Assembly: GCA_965552055.1 (NCBI GenBank)
Contig: CBEVQO010000002.1
Coordinates: forward strand, 1 to 64,000
Reading direction: 5' to 3'
Origin: an uncultured bacterium
GTDB lineage: Bacteria; Hydrothermota; UBA3073; NMUJ01; CBEVQO01
Length of the DNA stretch: 64,000 nt
Below the pieces are notes generated by a model, which saw nothing but the letters and a program-made list of their open reading frames with translations, had not been told where the DNA came from and made no database searches. The number at the start of each line of letters is the position of its first letter. Within the stretch, counting starts at the first letter, position 1. A program made the translations under genes and the position numbers. Of the stretch, positions 50,178 to 60,413 are shown one piece after another.

Positions 50178-52208
50178 TTATCCTTCCTCCTCTTCATCTC
50201 CTTCCTCTATTTCTCCTAATCGGAATTTCATCATCTCCCAGAAAGTTGTATCATGAAGGTTATAGCATACATTGAGATGAAGAATTATGGGACTCCATCC
50301 ATCCCAGTCGAGTATGAAAAAAGAGTTAATACAAGTATCACTTTTACCTGCTCCTATTGTATCGTAAATAACTCTATCAGCCCATGGTATTACTTCTGCG
50401 TCACCAGAATCTACAGATAGATTTGCGAGCACACCAGATATCCTTTCACTCGCATTATTCTTTAAAATAGGTTTTAAAAAATAAACATAACCGTAATCAT
50501 CTATATAGCCAGGTCTTATGATAATGGATTCAGCGAGAGGCACAGACATTTTGCCAAAAGAAATTATTCTATTTGTCGGCAAGAATACTTTTATACTTTC
50601 TGGCTCTAATTTCGTGTTACTATAAATCTTAAATTTAAATCCTAACTTTTGTGGTAGAAAGGTATCTCTAATTAAAGTTTTAAATGGCGAAACATTAAAT
50701 TTCACGCTCTCAGGAGCGAGCTCTCCGTAGTAATAAGAGGAAAATTGGTCATTTATTTTAATAAAATTTTCATATCCTTCCGCTACATTGAGTTCTCCCG
50801 ATACATAAGCGGTTTCAGAAGATTTATTTATAATACCTGCATGTATGCAAAGAGACTCTGCACGCTCAGGTATTAAGTCGCCATCACCTGCAATTTCCTT
50901 AAATCTGAAAGCCCATAGTTCAAAAATCCTTGGATTGCCTCTAAACTTAATGGTATCAATGCATTCATTACCAGCAAGGTCGTAAACATTTCGGCATATC
51001 AAAATATAATCTGTATCCTTTAGAGGAGTTTCTAATTTAAACTCATATTCATACCATAAATCAACACAGAATATAGAATCATTGTCAGTGTATATGTAGT
51101 ATTTCACAGTATCTATGTGTAATATTATTGTATCAATTTTTACTTCTCCCTTATAAGCACATGGAAAGATTCTGTAATTATTAGGGTCACAAGCAGAAGG
51201 CCCCATTTCCTCGGAAAACCACACCCTAAAACCATACTTCCATATCCAGTAGATGACTTGCATCCAAGGAGACCAATTGTCGATAATTACAGGTATTTCC
51301 ACGGTATCTGCGTTATTCCTTATATCTGCTGCAATAATGCGCAAAGTATATCTGCCATCATCAATTGATTCTGTGTTCCATGCGGAATTGTAATTTCCGT
51401 AAGGGTTAAATGGTTTGTTTGTAACGAAATAATAATATTTGCTCCAGTCACTTTTTATAGTGTCATATACAAAAGGCAAAGCGTCTTTATCGGGCACATT
51501 GTCAAATACTATCCAGTTTTGATATTTTGGAGTAGTGCCTTTCAATACCTCTACACCTATTTTGTAAACCCCGCACTGATGAGCAGGCCATTCAAAAGGA
51601 TAGCCATTCTCATCAACCCTCGGGTCACCTGCATGTACTACTATATCGATTTCACCCGATAAATCCTTGCGATAAACAGTATCGCCATAGTCAGATTGTC
51701 GGAATTCAATGGCAAAAATTTCGGGTTTTCCATTATCTACAAATGGATATAAACCAGTATCCGAATTGCAGCGGAGAGGGTTATAAATTGGTCTAATGCA
51801 ACCTGGTTTGCGCTCCTCAAAGTGCAAATGATTCGCTTCATCAATCCAACCTAAAATTGTTTGACCTGCATAGATAGGTTTATTTATTGTTATAATAGAA
51901 GTATCAGGGTTAGGTATTATATGGTAATATTTAAATCCGCGTTTGGTGTAAATAGAGCGACGTTTTATCTTGTCAATTGTATCATCCACAACAGGATAAA
52001 CAGCAGTATTGTATGGCTCTGCAATATCTACACCTTTATGGAAATGCATAGAATGAGTGTCACCCTGAGCATCAACATAAGTAGGTCTATACTCTCCAAG
52101 AGTTGAAGTTATTTTATGTTGGCTCGAGAAGGGGTAAATAGGCCAATCATAGGCATAAAGAGAAGATAGGGATATTATCCCAAGAAATGTAAAAATTTGC
52201 CGCTTCAT
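50178..52208 (-). CDS. N-terminal part of giant secreted protein with M23 peptidase domain
   Basis: Signal peptide, YDWP, HKGVD/HLH; ends at a TAA inside an acidic run. Confidence 0.85.
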   Translation of the reverse strand: MKRQIFTFLGIISLSSLYAYDWPIYPFSSQHKITSTLGEYRPTYVDAQGDTHSMHFHKGVDIAEPYNTAVYPVVDDTIDKIKRRSIYTKRGFKYYHIIPNPDTSIITINKPIYAGQTILGWIDEANHLHFEERKPGCIRPIYNPLRCNSDTGLYPFVDNGKPEIFAIEFRQSDYGDTVYRKDLSGEIDIVVHAGDPRVDENGYPFEWPAHQCGVYKIGVEVLKGTTPKYQNWIVFDNVPDKDALPFVYDTIKSDWSKYYYFVTNKPFNPYGNYNSAWNTESIDDGRYTLRIIAADIRNNADTVEIPVIIDNWSPWMQVIYWIWKYGFRVWFSEEMGPSACDPNNYRIFPCAYKGEVKIDTIILHIDTVKYYIYTDNDSIFCVDLWYEYEFKLETPLKDTDYILICRNVYDLAGNECIDTIKFRGNPRIFELWAFRFKEIAGDGDLIPERAESLCIHAGIINKSSETAYVSGELNVAEGYENFIKINDQFSSYYYGELAPESVKFNVSPFKTLIRDTFLPQKLGFKFKIYSNTKLEPESIKVFLPTNRIISFGKMSVPLAESIIIRPGYIDDYGYVYFLKPILKNNASERISGVLANLSVDSGDAEVIPWADRVIYDTIGAGKSDTCINSFFILDWDGWSPIILHLNVCYNLHDTTFWEMMKFRLGEIEEGDEEEEG

Positions 52209-53035
52209 TTTCGCCTCCTTTTTGGTTTCAATATTTTTATAATTTTTCCTTTTTCATTTAAAATAATTTCAACATCTTTGTGTACTAGCATTAAGTAAAG
52301 AGTATTATTCTTATTAAATAATTTCATACGATAAGGACTTCCTTCTAAAACTTTCTGAAAAATTAATTTAAAGCTACTATCGTATAGAGCCACATAAGTA
52401 ACTTCATTTTTGTTTACTCTCCCTCCACAGTATATCGCAAACTTACTTCCATCCTGAGTGAATCTAACGAAATCCACAAGAAAATCGATTGGTGGGTTTA
52501 AAAGCTGTTCCATATTTAATTTTTGTACTTTATTAGGAGATAAAAAATATAACCGAGGCACATGCTCGTCATAAGATATTCCTACTGCATATCTTCCCGA
52601 TGGAGATAAATCAATGTCAGCTGCTCCCGATTCTATACTCCAACATTTTTTTCCTTCTGTCGTATATACTTTAAACTCTGAACCAAAAATACCTTCATAT
52701 CCTATTTCAAGCGGAATAGTCAATCCAATATATTTCCCATTATGCGTGATCTGCACTCTACCTTTTACTTTTCTGTATTTCTCTTTTGGCGGCGAAGGAA
52801 ATGCTTTCGGCGGTAAATATGCCATACCCCATCTTGAAACTGTCTTTTTCACCTTGCCTGTTTCATCCAAAAATTTTATATCGTCGGATGTCACCACTGC
52901 TTTCACAACTGGCTTACCTTTTTCTTCCACTATCGCCATTTGCTCAATCTTTACTCCGAGTTTATTCTCCCAGTATGTCTTTAAACTATCTCTAACATGT
53001 TTCGGTACCATCAAAAATAAAACCAACATTAACAT
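52205..53035 (-). CDS. Secreted beta-propeller-like partner protein (cassette 3)
   Basis: 276 aa, ITHNGKYIG, GKKCWS, LSPSGRYAVG motifs shared with cassettes 1 and 2; ATGA coupling. Confidence 0.7.
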   Translation of the reverse strand: MLMLVLFLMVPKHVRDSLKTYWENKLGVKIEQMAIVEEKGKPVVKAVVTSDDIKFLDETGKVKKTVSRWGMAYLPPKAFPSPPKEKYRKVKGRVQITHNGKYIGLTIPLEIGYEGIFGSEFKVYTTEGKKCWSIESGAADIDLSPSGRYAVGISYDEHVPRLYFLSPNKVQKLNMEQLLNPPIDFLVDFVRFTQDGSKFAIYCGGRVNKNEVTYVALYDSSFKLIFQKVLEGSPYRMKLFNKNNTLYLMLVHKDVEIILNEKGKIIKILKPKRRRK

Positions 53036-53799
53036 ATCACACCTCCTAATTCAATCACTGATTTATTTAATTCAATTATTTTTATGTCAATGTCAATTAA
53101 ATTTTTCTCAGGTATGGTGTTGAATATCACATTTTTGTATCTGCGAATCACACTGTTTGATTTTAAAATTTGATATTCCAGCGAATAAACACCGCACATG
53201 CCTGAATCTCGTGGAATATGTCCACCTGGTGCAACCCTGAAGTCCTTACAGCAAACAGTTATGTCAACTTTTCCGGATAAATCGTTGGGATTAAGCATGC
53301 TATCCGTTCCTTGCCTCCAGAATCTTATACTGCCTTCCGCAATCACAGGCGGAGTAGAATCAACAAAACCATCCAAACCACCTTTACGCAATGGATTACG
53401 CAAACCCCGAAGCTCCTCAAAGTGGAGGTGGTTATAAGCATCAATTTGACCAATAGTGTCGTTTGCTGAAATGAACATACCTTCTTCTAACGAAAAAGTG
53501 TCAATTCCGATTACCACACTTTTGATGTGAGCATAAGTAAATTTTCCTATTGAATAATACCTTTCCCCTCGTTTTGTTACTATCCCGCTATCAACTGCTA
53601 TAACAATTTCTCCTGAATCAGCATCAATATCGATACCTCTATGAAATCTAACATAAGGCGGATTAGAACCTCTCATGCCTCGAGGTTCTCCTAATGTCGA
53701 GTTAATCTTGCGTACCGTGTCTGCAGGAAAAGGCCATTTATACCCAGAAACTTCTAAAGAAACAAAACAGAGCATAATTATAATTTTTCTTTTGCTCAT
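53029..53799 (-). CDS. Truncated secreted M23 peptidase (cassette 2)
   Basis: YKWP, HRGID/HLH; C-terminal tail is read through the next promoter repeat. Confidence 0.8.
   Translation of the reverse strand: MSKRKIIIMLCFVSLEVSGYKWPFPADTVRKINSTLGEPRGMRGSNPPYVRFHRGIDIDADSGEIVIAVDSGIVTKRGERYYSIGKFTYAHIKSVVIGIDTFSLEEGMFISANDTIGQIDAYNHLHFEELRGLRNPLRKGGLDGFVDSTPPVIAEGSIRFWRQGTDSMLNPNDLSGKVDITVCCKDFRVAPGGHIPRDSGMCGVYSLEYQILKSNSVIRRYKNVIFNTIPEKNLIDIDIKIIELNKSVIELGGVIC
53033..53096 (-). repeat. Cassette promoter/RBS repeat (divergent copy)
   Basis: TTGACA...TAATTGAATTAAATAA...GTGATTG.ATTAGGAGGTGT..ATG, similar to 54939-54996 and 56824-56881. Confidence 0.8.
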
Positions 53800-54941
53800 T
53801 TTCCCTCCTCTCTATGAATTGAAATTATCGAATATTTTCTTTTTTCTAAATTCAAAATCATAAATTTATTAGAAGATATCGGCATTAGTCGAATGCAAGA
53901 GGGAATTATCTCATACGAAAAAAGTATTTTTTTATCAAAGTTTAGAATATGAAAGTATCTTTTTGGACTCCCAAAAGAATATCCAACAAAGATTATATCG
54001 TTCCCTACTCCTTGCATGCTTTTAATTGCATACGAAAATCGTCTTTTTTTAACATAATGAGCACCTTTTATTATTTTACTTGTATATATTAAATTGTGTT
54101 TTTCTAAATCTATCAAATAAAATTCACCCGTCATAAATGCCAATGTTAAAATTTTTATATTGTCATTAAAATAGAAATAAACCCTACCTTTTCCTCCTTT
54201 TAATTTTAAATCACTTGCAATATTGCCTAACATATCAAGAAAAATTATTTTTTGCCCTTCTCTAGACGCAGATGAAATACACACAATGCATATTTCTTCT
54301 TCCAATACCTTCACCCCCGTGATTAGACAGTTTATTTTTTTATTCCATTTTAAATTTTTATTTTCAAAAAATTTTATTCGCCCACTTAGTGTAGTCACAA
54401 CAAAATATTTACCATCTGAGGAAAAACTGATATCTCTCCACGAATTTTTTGTGGGGGGCTCTTTATCTATTTCAACTTTATTACTCTCAAGAATAAATAA
54501 AGGCTCTTCAAACATGGGTAATCCCACTGCATACTCACCGTTTGGCGCTAAATAAATATCCATGTCTTCTGGATGTGGATCAATTGTTACACTCCATAAT
54601 TCGTTACCATTAATATCAAAAACTTTGAAAATGCCAGCCATATTTAAATATCCCTTGGGTTTAGCCCAAATTTCGTGTACCCCTATGTATTTGCGATTAT
54701 CAGACAGTCTAACTTTATGATACTTCTTCTCAAATTTGTATTCTTTTATCTCCTTCCCTTTTACATCTAACCATACAATTTTATCTTTACCGATAAGCAC
54801 TCTTAAATTGCCAAATGAATCCACTATTGCATCTTGCACATCAAAATCAAATTCCCTTTCCCATACTACCTTCAACTCGCCCATATCCCTTATCTTGAAT
54901 TCTGCGGCTCCTAAACTTATTAGCAGGATAACACTTAACAT
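53796..54941 (-). CDS. Secreted beta-propeller-like partner protein (cassette 2)
   Basis: 381 aa; first 33 aa nearly identical to 55678..56826, rest divergent. Confidence 0.72.
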   Translation of the reverse strand: MLSVILLISLGAAEFKIRDMGELKVVWEREFDFDVQDAIVDSFGNLRVLIGKDKIVWLDVKGKEIKEYKFEKKYHKVRLSDNRKYIGVHEIWAKPKGYLNMAGIFKVFDINGNELWSVTIDPHPEDMDIYLAPNGEYAVGLPMFEEPLFILESNKVEIDKEPPTKNSWRDISFSSDGKYFVVTTLSGRIKFFENKNLKWNKKINCLITGVKVLEEEICIVCISSASREGQKIIFLDMLGNIASDLKLKGGKGRVYFYFNDNIKILTLAFMTGEFYLIDLEKHNLIYTSKIIKGAHYVKKRRFSYAIKSMQGVGNDIIFVGYSFGSPKRYFHILNFDKKILFSYEIIPSCIRLMPISSNKFMILNLEKRKYSIISIHREEGK

Positions 54942-54996
54942 GGTGCACCTCCTAATCCAATCATTAAATTATTTAATTCAATTACCAGAGTGTCAA
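54844..54996 (-). repeat. 153-bp cassette promoter/RBS/5'-coding repeat
   Basis: Near-identical to 56729-56881. Confidence 0.95.
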
Positions 54997-55681
54997 CAAA
55001 AAGATTTATTTCATCAGTGAATATTAATCTAAATTCATACCTCCATATCCAATAAATGTACCATATCCAAGAAGGATCATTGTCGATAATTACAGGTATT
55101 TCCACGGTATCTGCGTTATTCCTTATGTCAACTTTTCCGGATAAATCGTTGGGATTAAGCATGCTATCCGTTCCTTGCCTCCAGAATCTTATACTGCCTT
55201 CCGCAATCACAGGCGGAGTATTATCAACAAAATCGTCTAACCCACCATCACGCAAAGGATTACGCAAACCTCGAAGCTCCTCAAAGTGGAGGTGAGGATG
55301 CTTAAGGCTGGCGATTTTTCCGATGGTATCACCTATGCTGACATATTTTCCTATCCAAATCATCGTATCCATCGTATCAATATGCACATAAGAGAAATCA
55401 CCTATTCTTACACGATACTGTTCAACCCATACTCCATTTTCCCATCGAGAAATATCAATGATAGTGTCAACTATGTTATTACTCACAGAAATTACAGGTG
55501 TCCCTTTTGTAGCATTTATATCAACACCCTGATGAAAGCGGTAATAGGGCGGATTCGGAGGCCTTGGTTCACCGAGAGTGGAGTTTATCTGACAAACACT
55601 ATCTCCGGGAGGTATTGGCCATGGATAGCCAAGAAGTATAAAAGGAAACATTAACACGATGTATAGAAGATAATGCTTCAT
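54935..55681 (-). CDS. Truncated, internally deleted secreted M23 peptidase (cassette 1)
   Basis: YPWP, HQGVD/HLH; mosaic of sequence identical to 53259-53356 and 51276-51323. Confidence 0.8.
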   Translation of the reverse strand: MKHYLLYIVLMFPFILLGYPWPIPPGDSVCQINSTLGEPRPPNPPYYRFHQGVDINATKGTPVISVSNNIVDTIIDISRWENGVWVEQYRVRIGDFSYVHIDTMDTMIWIGKYVSIGDTIGKIASLKHPHLHFEELRGLRNPLRDGGLDDFVDNTPPVIAEGSIRFWRQGTDSMLNPNDLSGKVDIRNNADTVEIPVIIDNDPSWIWYIYWIWRYEFRLIFTDEINLFVDTLVIELNNLMIGLGGAPC

Positions 55682-56826
55682 TTGCCCTCCTTTTTTAAAG
55701 GTACTCCCAGAAGAAATATTCTATCAAAAGGTTTTTCCCTCGATTTTATTTTTTCACGCCAACTTTTTGCTGTTCTTCGCGGGAATCCGTAAACTTTATT
55801 CTCGATCCAAATAATTTTACCAACATTTTCTGGGAAACAATATTTTTGTATAATTTTATTTCGATAATCCAAGTATTTTATTCCTCTTCCTCCTATAATA
55901 ATAAACTTTTTTATTTTTGGAGAGAACTTTATCTTTGTGCCTCGTTTGGAGGATTGCTCCCATACGAGTTCACCTGAAAACATATTATATAAAAACAACA
56001 TTGGAGAATTGCCTGTCCAATTTACACATAATATTGATTCACTTTCATCTATTGCAAAATCTGCGCTTCCTAGCCAAAGTTTCCTTTCCCATAATAAATT
56101 CCCATCAGCGTCAAATACTCTTAATATATCTCCTCCTCTGCCCACTATGTAATCTTTAAATACTTTACCTTCCTCTATTCCCGGTCTTTTTCGCCAAATT
56201 TCCTTACCTTCGCTATCATATTTTAATAACCAACCGCCTAGCGAAATGATACAGTAATCCCCTTCTTCAGTAAAATCTAAAAACACATACTCCGTTTTAT
56301 AAGAAGGTAAATCCTTATAGGGATGCAATTTTTTTACAATCCCTTTAGACGACAAAATCCATATAGCAGAGGGCGCAAAAGCACCAGGCAATCCTACTGC
56401 CCATTTACCATTTGGAGACGGGATTATCTTCCACGGTGGTTCCTCTAAATAAACATCTTCCTGTATATCTCTTTCTAAATGCAGTGACCACAATAAATTT
56501 CCTTCAGTGTCTATTAAATCAAACCAACCTTCATAAACATATTCTCCGGATTCATCGCTTCGAGTACGATAAAGTCCAATGAACTTTTTATTTTTAGTTA
56601 TTTGTGTTGCTCCTTCGAATTTCTTTATCACTTTACCTGACTTGTCATAAAATCTTACTTCACCTCTCCCAACAGCAAGTTTTTTGTTACCCTTTTCATC
56701 GGTTATTATCTCATAAAGATAATTGGGGAAATCAAATTCCCTTTCCCATACTACCTTCAACTCGCCCATATCCTTTACTTTGAATTCTGCGGCTCCTAAA
56801 CTTATTAGCAGGATAATACTTAACAT
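55678..56826 (-). CDS. Secreted beta-propeller-like partner protein (cassette 1)
   Basis: 382 aa; DTEGNLLW, DSEGKEIW, DADGNLLW, SGELVW PQQ-like blade motifs. Confidence 0.75.
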   Translation of the reverse strand: MLSIILLISLGAAEFKVKDMGELKVVWEREFDFPNYLYEIITDEKGNKKLAVGRGEVRFYDKSGKVIKKFEGATQITKNKKFIGLYRTRSDESGEYVYEGWFDLIDTEGNLLWSLHLERDIQEDVYLEEPPWKIIPSPNGKWAVGLPGAFAPSAIWILSSKGIVKKLHPYKDLPSYKTEYVFLDFTEEGDYCIISLGGWLLKYDSEGKEIWRKRPGIEEGKVFKDYIVGRGGDILRVFDADGNLLWERKLWLGSADFAIDESESILCVNWTGNSPMLFLYNMFSGELVWEQSSKRGTKIKFSPKIKKFIIIGGRGIKYLDYRNKIIQKYCFPENVGKIIWIENKVYGFPRRTAKSWREKIKSREKPFDRIFLLGVPLKKEGK

Positions 56827-56881
56827 GGTACACCTCCTAATCCAATCACTAAATTATTTAATTCAATTACCAGAGTGTCAA
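56729..56881 (-). repeat. 153-bp cassette promoter/RBS/5'-coding repeat
   Basis: Near-identical to 54844-54996. Confidence 0.95.
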
Positions 56882-56887
56882 GAAAAA

Positions 56888-59158
56888 TTAAATTGTCAAA
56901 TCTACTCTCAAATCTGCTCTTAGTTCGAGTGTTTTATAAACTGGGCGGGAAGATTTTGCGTATCTACCCTTTAAATTCAAATTTATCCTCTTAATCTTCG
57001 ATGTAATCTTTATCTGGGTCTCTTCCAGTGTTCGCCGTAAGCCTCCCGTTGAGTAACAGTAAGAATGCGATAACTCAAAGTTAACTCCTTTGAAATTTGC
57101 CTTTATACCTGGCATAATCTTTAAATTATACCATATTGCCACTTTATCTTTCTGCAACAAAAAAGGGTCCTGTCCTTCTGTTCTGTCAAAACTGAAAATC
57201 GCCTGTGTGCTTATAAAATCTGTAATTTTTCTCCTCACTTCAAAATTTATACCATGGGATTTTGTCTTCGTTGGTAAAGAATCCGGCAACTGCCAGAAAT
57301 ATCCAACATAGTCATAATATGACCGTAATGTCAGAAATTCACCTCTATAAACAACTCCTGATTTTACCTCAAATTTCCTCTCTACCTTATATAACTCAAC
57401 CGTATCCCCGGGTATCCCAGACGCTACTGCAAATCTAAACAAACCCTGTTTCCTCAAAGAATCCACCTGTAACTCAAATCCCCACCTTTCACCAAAACCA
57501 TAATTGAAAAGAATTTGCCTCTGTATAACATAATTATCATAAAGTTTGCGATTGGGATTTAATTCATCAAATCTCAATGCCCTTTGATTGAAATGCAGAA
57601 AGGATAATTTTGAGTCTTTGAAAGGACTTAAATTTACAAAAATCCTCAATCCAGATAAATCTTTAACTCTGTTTCCAGCGGATATTGTATAGGAAAATGT
57701 AGGTATTACCTGTAGAGATATTATCCTGTGCGGTTTTACAGATGTTATCCATCTGTTTGTGAACTCCTCTGAACCGCCATACAATGTCTGTGTCTTTGCC
57801 GTGTGATTTCCATCCACCTTTATCCAACTTGCAGGTAAAATTTTGTATTGAAGTGAAAAACTAATCTGGCGTTTTTCTGATTGAAGTAAACTTCCTGTCA
57901 GACGCAATTTCCAGAAAGAAAGATTGAGAAAAGCACTTGCACTGTAAACATCATATAAAATATCGTGCCTGTAAGAGAAATCAAAATTAAAGAGTTTGAG
58001 ATTCAGTGAAAATCCCGCATTGTAAACCGTTTGTGAGCGAACACTATCCCTTATTAGCCATTTTCTACCTATACCTGCAGAAACTTCATAAAATTTGTGA
58101 GAAAATGAAAAATTTGCAGAATGCTCTTTTTCTTCCTGATAGATTGAATCCGAACTTTGTTTAATCCATATATTTTTCTGCGATATTTTAATCTTTTTGA
58201 AGTCAAAATCCTCTGATAAAGTTTGCTGATAGATATTTATATCCTCTTTTTCTTCTTTTGACCATTTATGTGAAATTGTTAAGAAATTGAAGAAAAGGAA
58301 TTGCGTTGATAGTTCAAGTTTTCTTGAATTGGGGAATATCCCCGTGCCTATAGGTGAAAAGCCAGATTCTACTTTTTGATAACTGCCTGATAATTTGAAT
58401 TTCCAGAAATTTATTTTTGTCATCGTATTGTATGCTCTGGCTGATTCTGATTGTGCGATGGAGGAATTGAGATTTAGAGGTTTAAAATTAAAGCCAATGT
58501 CTATGCCAGCAACTCTTTTCCCCTTTAATGTATCTTTTTCTTCTGCAACAGCATCTGCTATTTTGATAAATTTGTATTGAGTTTCAAGCATTAGACCTTG
58601 CAATCTGTTTCCCGCTACCGGCTGATACTCGTATTCTACTTCGATTAATTCATCTTCTGTGATTATCCTTTGAAATGTAATCCATCCTCTTTCGTAATTA
58701 ATAGTATAATCTTTGTCACGCTCTAATTTTTTCAGATTAAGTCCTTTGCCAACTCGCACTTTTTCGGAATTGTAAACCACATTTTGATGCCGTAATTCAT
58801 AAGGACCCACAGAATTTTTACCCCATATTCTTTCAAAAGCGGGAATGCCCTTTGATATTGATTTTATCACTTTCGCTGAAAATTTGCCGTCTTTTCGATA
58901 AAATTCACCAGTTGCTATTATCCCCATTATTGATTTTGATGAAAGGACAAGTGGAATTAAACTTGCTTCACAATCCCCCAATTCTGCTTTGAGATTTTGC
59001 TTTTGAACTTAGAGATAATAGCGATTGAGATAAGGGAAGGCAGATTGCTGACTTACATTTCCCTCTATTTTTATCCCATGAAGCTGTCCATCGATTGTTA
59101 GAAAAAGTGCATCATAGCGTACACTGTGAGGGAAAAATTCGGATTTATATCCCTGAAC
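56888..59158 (-). pseudogene. 5'-truncated large outer-membrane beta-barrel-like gene
   Basis: 697-aa ORF with DYTINYERGWITF motif and amphipathic strands. Frame continues upstream past a single TAA (59009-59011) to the stop of the MBL gene; no signal peptide found. Confidence 0.6.
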
Positions 59159-59159
59159 C

Positions 59160-60413
59160 TTAAAATACTTTTCCTTTTATTAACATACACACATTTTCGT
59201 TCACTACAAAGCATTCTCTACGATTAGAATAAACTATATCTTCAATGACACTATAAGAAGGATGTCCATAGAAATTATTTAATCCTACTGAAATAACCCA
59301 AAATTTGCTATTCTGAGCATCTTTCATTATTTCCTTATTCCAATTTTGCTTTGCTCCATGATGTGGAACTTGTGTAATTAGTATGCTTTTAAAGTATTTT
59401 TTATAATGCCGCTTCAATGTATCGTATTTAAAATTAAGGTCTGCATCTCCTGTTAAAAATTGCCCGAAATTATTCACCGTAAATAAAAATTCTTTGATTT
59501 GATAAAAGTATAAATGAGGAAATATATAAGGGTATAAAAGAATATTTTCCTTATGTTTGCCTATAGGGCCATGATATAAAATTAATGAAGTATTATTAAA
59601 TTTTCTTAAGTCCTTCTTCAATAGTTCGTAACACTCTTTAAGTTTTTTCCTTTCTTTTTTTACTCTGATCGCCTTTTTTATACTTTTTGTATCTTCTGTG
59701 ACAAGACCCGATTTTTCTAAACAATTTTTCAATTCGTTTATTGTAGGCAGTGAAATTTTATAATTAAAAAATCTAAATAACCAAAAACCTAATGCAACAG
59801 CATAACCTATATGGTTTTTAATAATTAATTTTTCACCTATATATTTTTCCCAATCTCTGTCATATTGCAAAATGCTCTTTTTTAATTTCTCGTCATCTTT
59901 AAGTTCTCCGACATCAAATTTTTCTTCCGGAGGGAAAGGCCCAACTTCTTCAGGAACATCTTCTTCATATCCTTCGTCTCCTCCCAAAATTATAACTTTT
60001 CTGACTCCTCTTTCAAGTAAGTATCTTACTGGATCAGCAAGAAATTCATAATACCATGATGGCATATTTATTTTTCTAAATGCAATTAACAATCTTTCTA
60101 TTGGCGAAAAGTAAGGGAGTATGACTTCCATAATTTCAAAATTGTTAAATAACTCCTCTAACCCATTCACATGGTCTGAATGCAAATGAGAGATGATTAA
60201 TAAATTTATTTTATCACCATAAGCATCTTGTTTAAATCTGCGAATCGCAGTCGTTAACGCTTGAATATTCTTTGAACCACAGTCATATACAAATCTAAAA
60301 ATAGTTCCCAAAGCCCGTATTTCTCCAGAGTAAAATAATCCCTGACCTACATTGTGATACATAAACATAGTTTCTACTGAATTCATTTGCTTAGTCATTT
60401 TCTCTAAATACAA
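59160..60413 (-). CDS. ComEC-like MBL-fold hydrolase (soluble, stand-alone)
   Basis: NVGQG, YDCG, SHLHSDH, TGDAD, PHHG, YGHP. Start uncertain. Confidence 0.85.
   Translation of the reverse strand: MYLEKMTKQMNSVETMFMYHNVGQGLFYSGEIRALGTIFRFVYDCGSKNIQALTTAIRRFKQDAYGDKINLLIISHLHSDHVNGLEELFNNFEIMEVILPYFSPIERLLIAFRKINMPSWYYEFLADPVRYLLERGVRKVIILGGDEGYEEDVPEEVGPFPPEEKFDVGELKDDEKLKKSILQYDRDWEKYIGEKLIIKNHIGYAVALGFWLFRFFNYKISLPTINELKNCLEKSGLVTEDTKSIKKAIRVKKERKKLKECYELLKKDLRKFNNTSLILYHGPIGKHKENILLYPYIFPHLYFYQIKEFLFTVNNFGQFLTGDADLNFKYDTLKRHYKKYFKSILITQVPHHGAKQNWNKEIMKDAQNSKFWVISVGLNNFYGHPSYSVIEDIVYSNRRECFVVNENVCMLIKGKVF

Noticed and set aside
50178..56881. Diversity-generating retroelement as the source of cassette variation
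   Set aside because: No reverse transcriptase, and differences between repeats are not adenine-specific.
2190..59011. TAA reassignment or general readthrough (in-frame TAA at 2190, 37656, 50178, 59009)
   Set aside because: Conserved genes such as ftcd and hisS end normally at TAA; nonsense mutation or sequence error is simpler.
39171..59158. Prophage or integrative element
   Set aside because: No phage structural, integrase or conjugation genes, and no att-like tRNA duplication.
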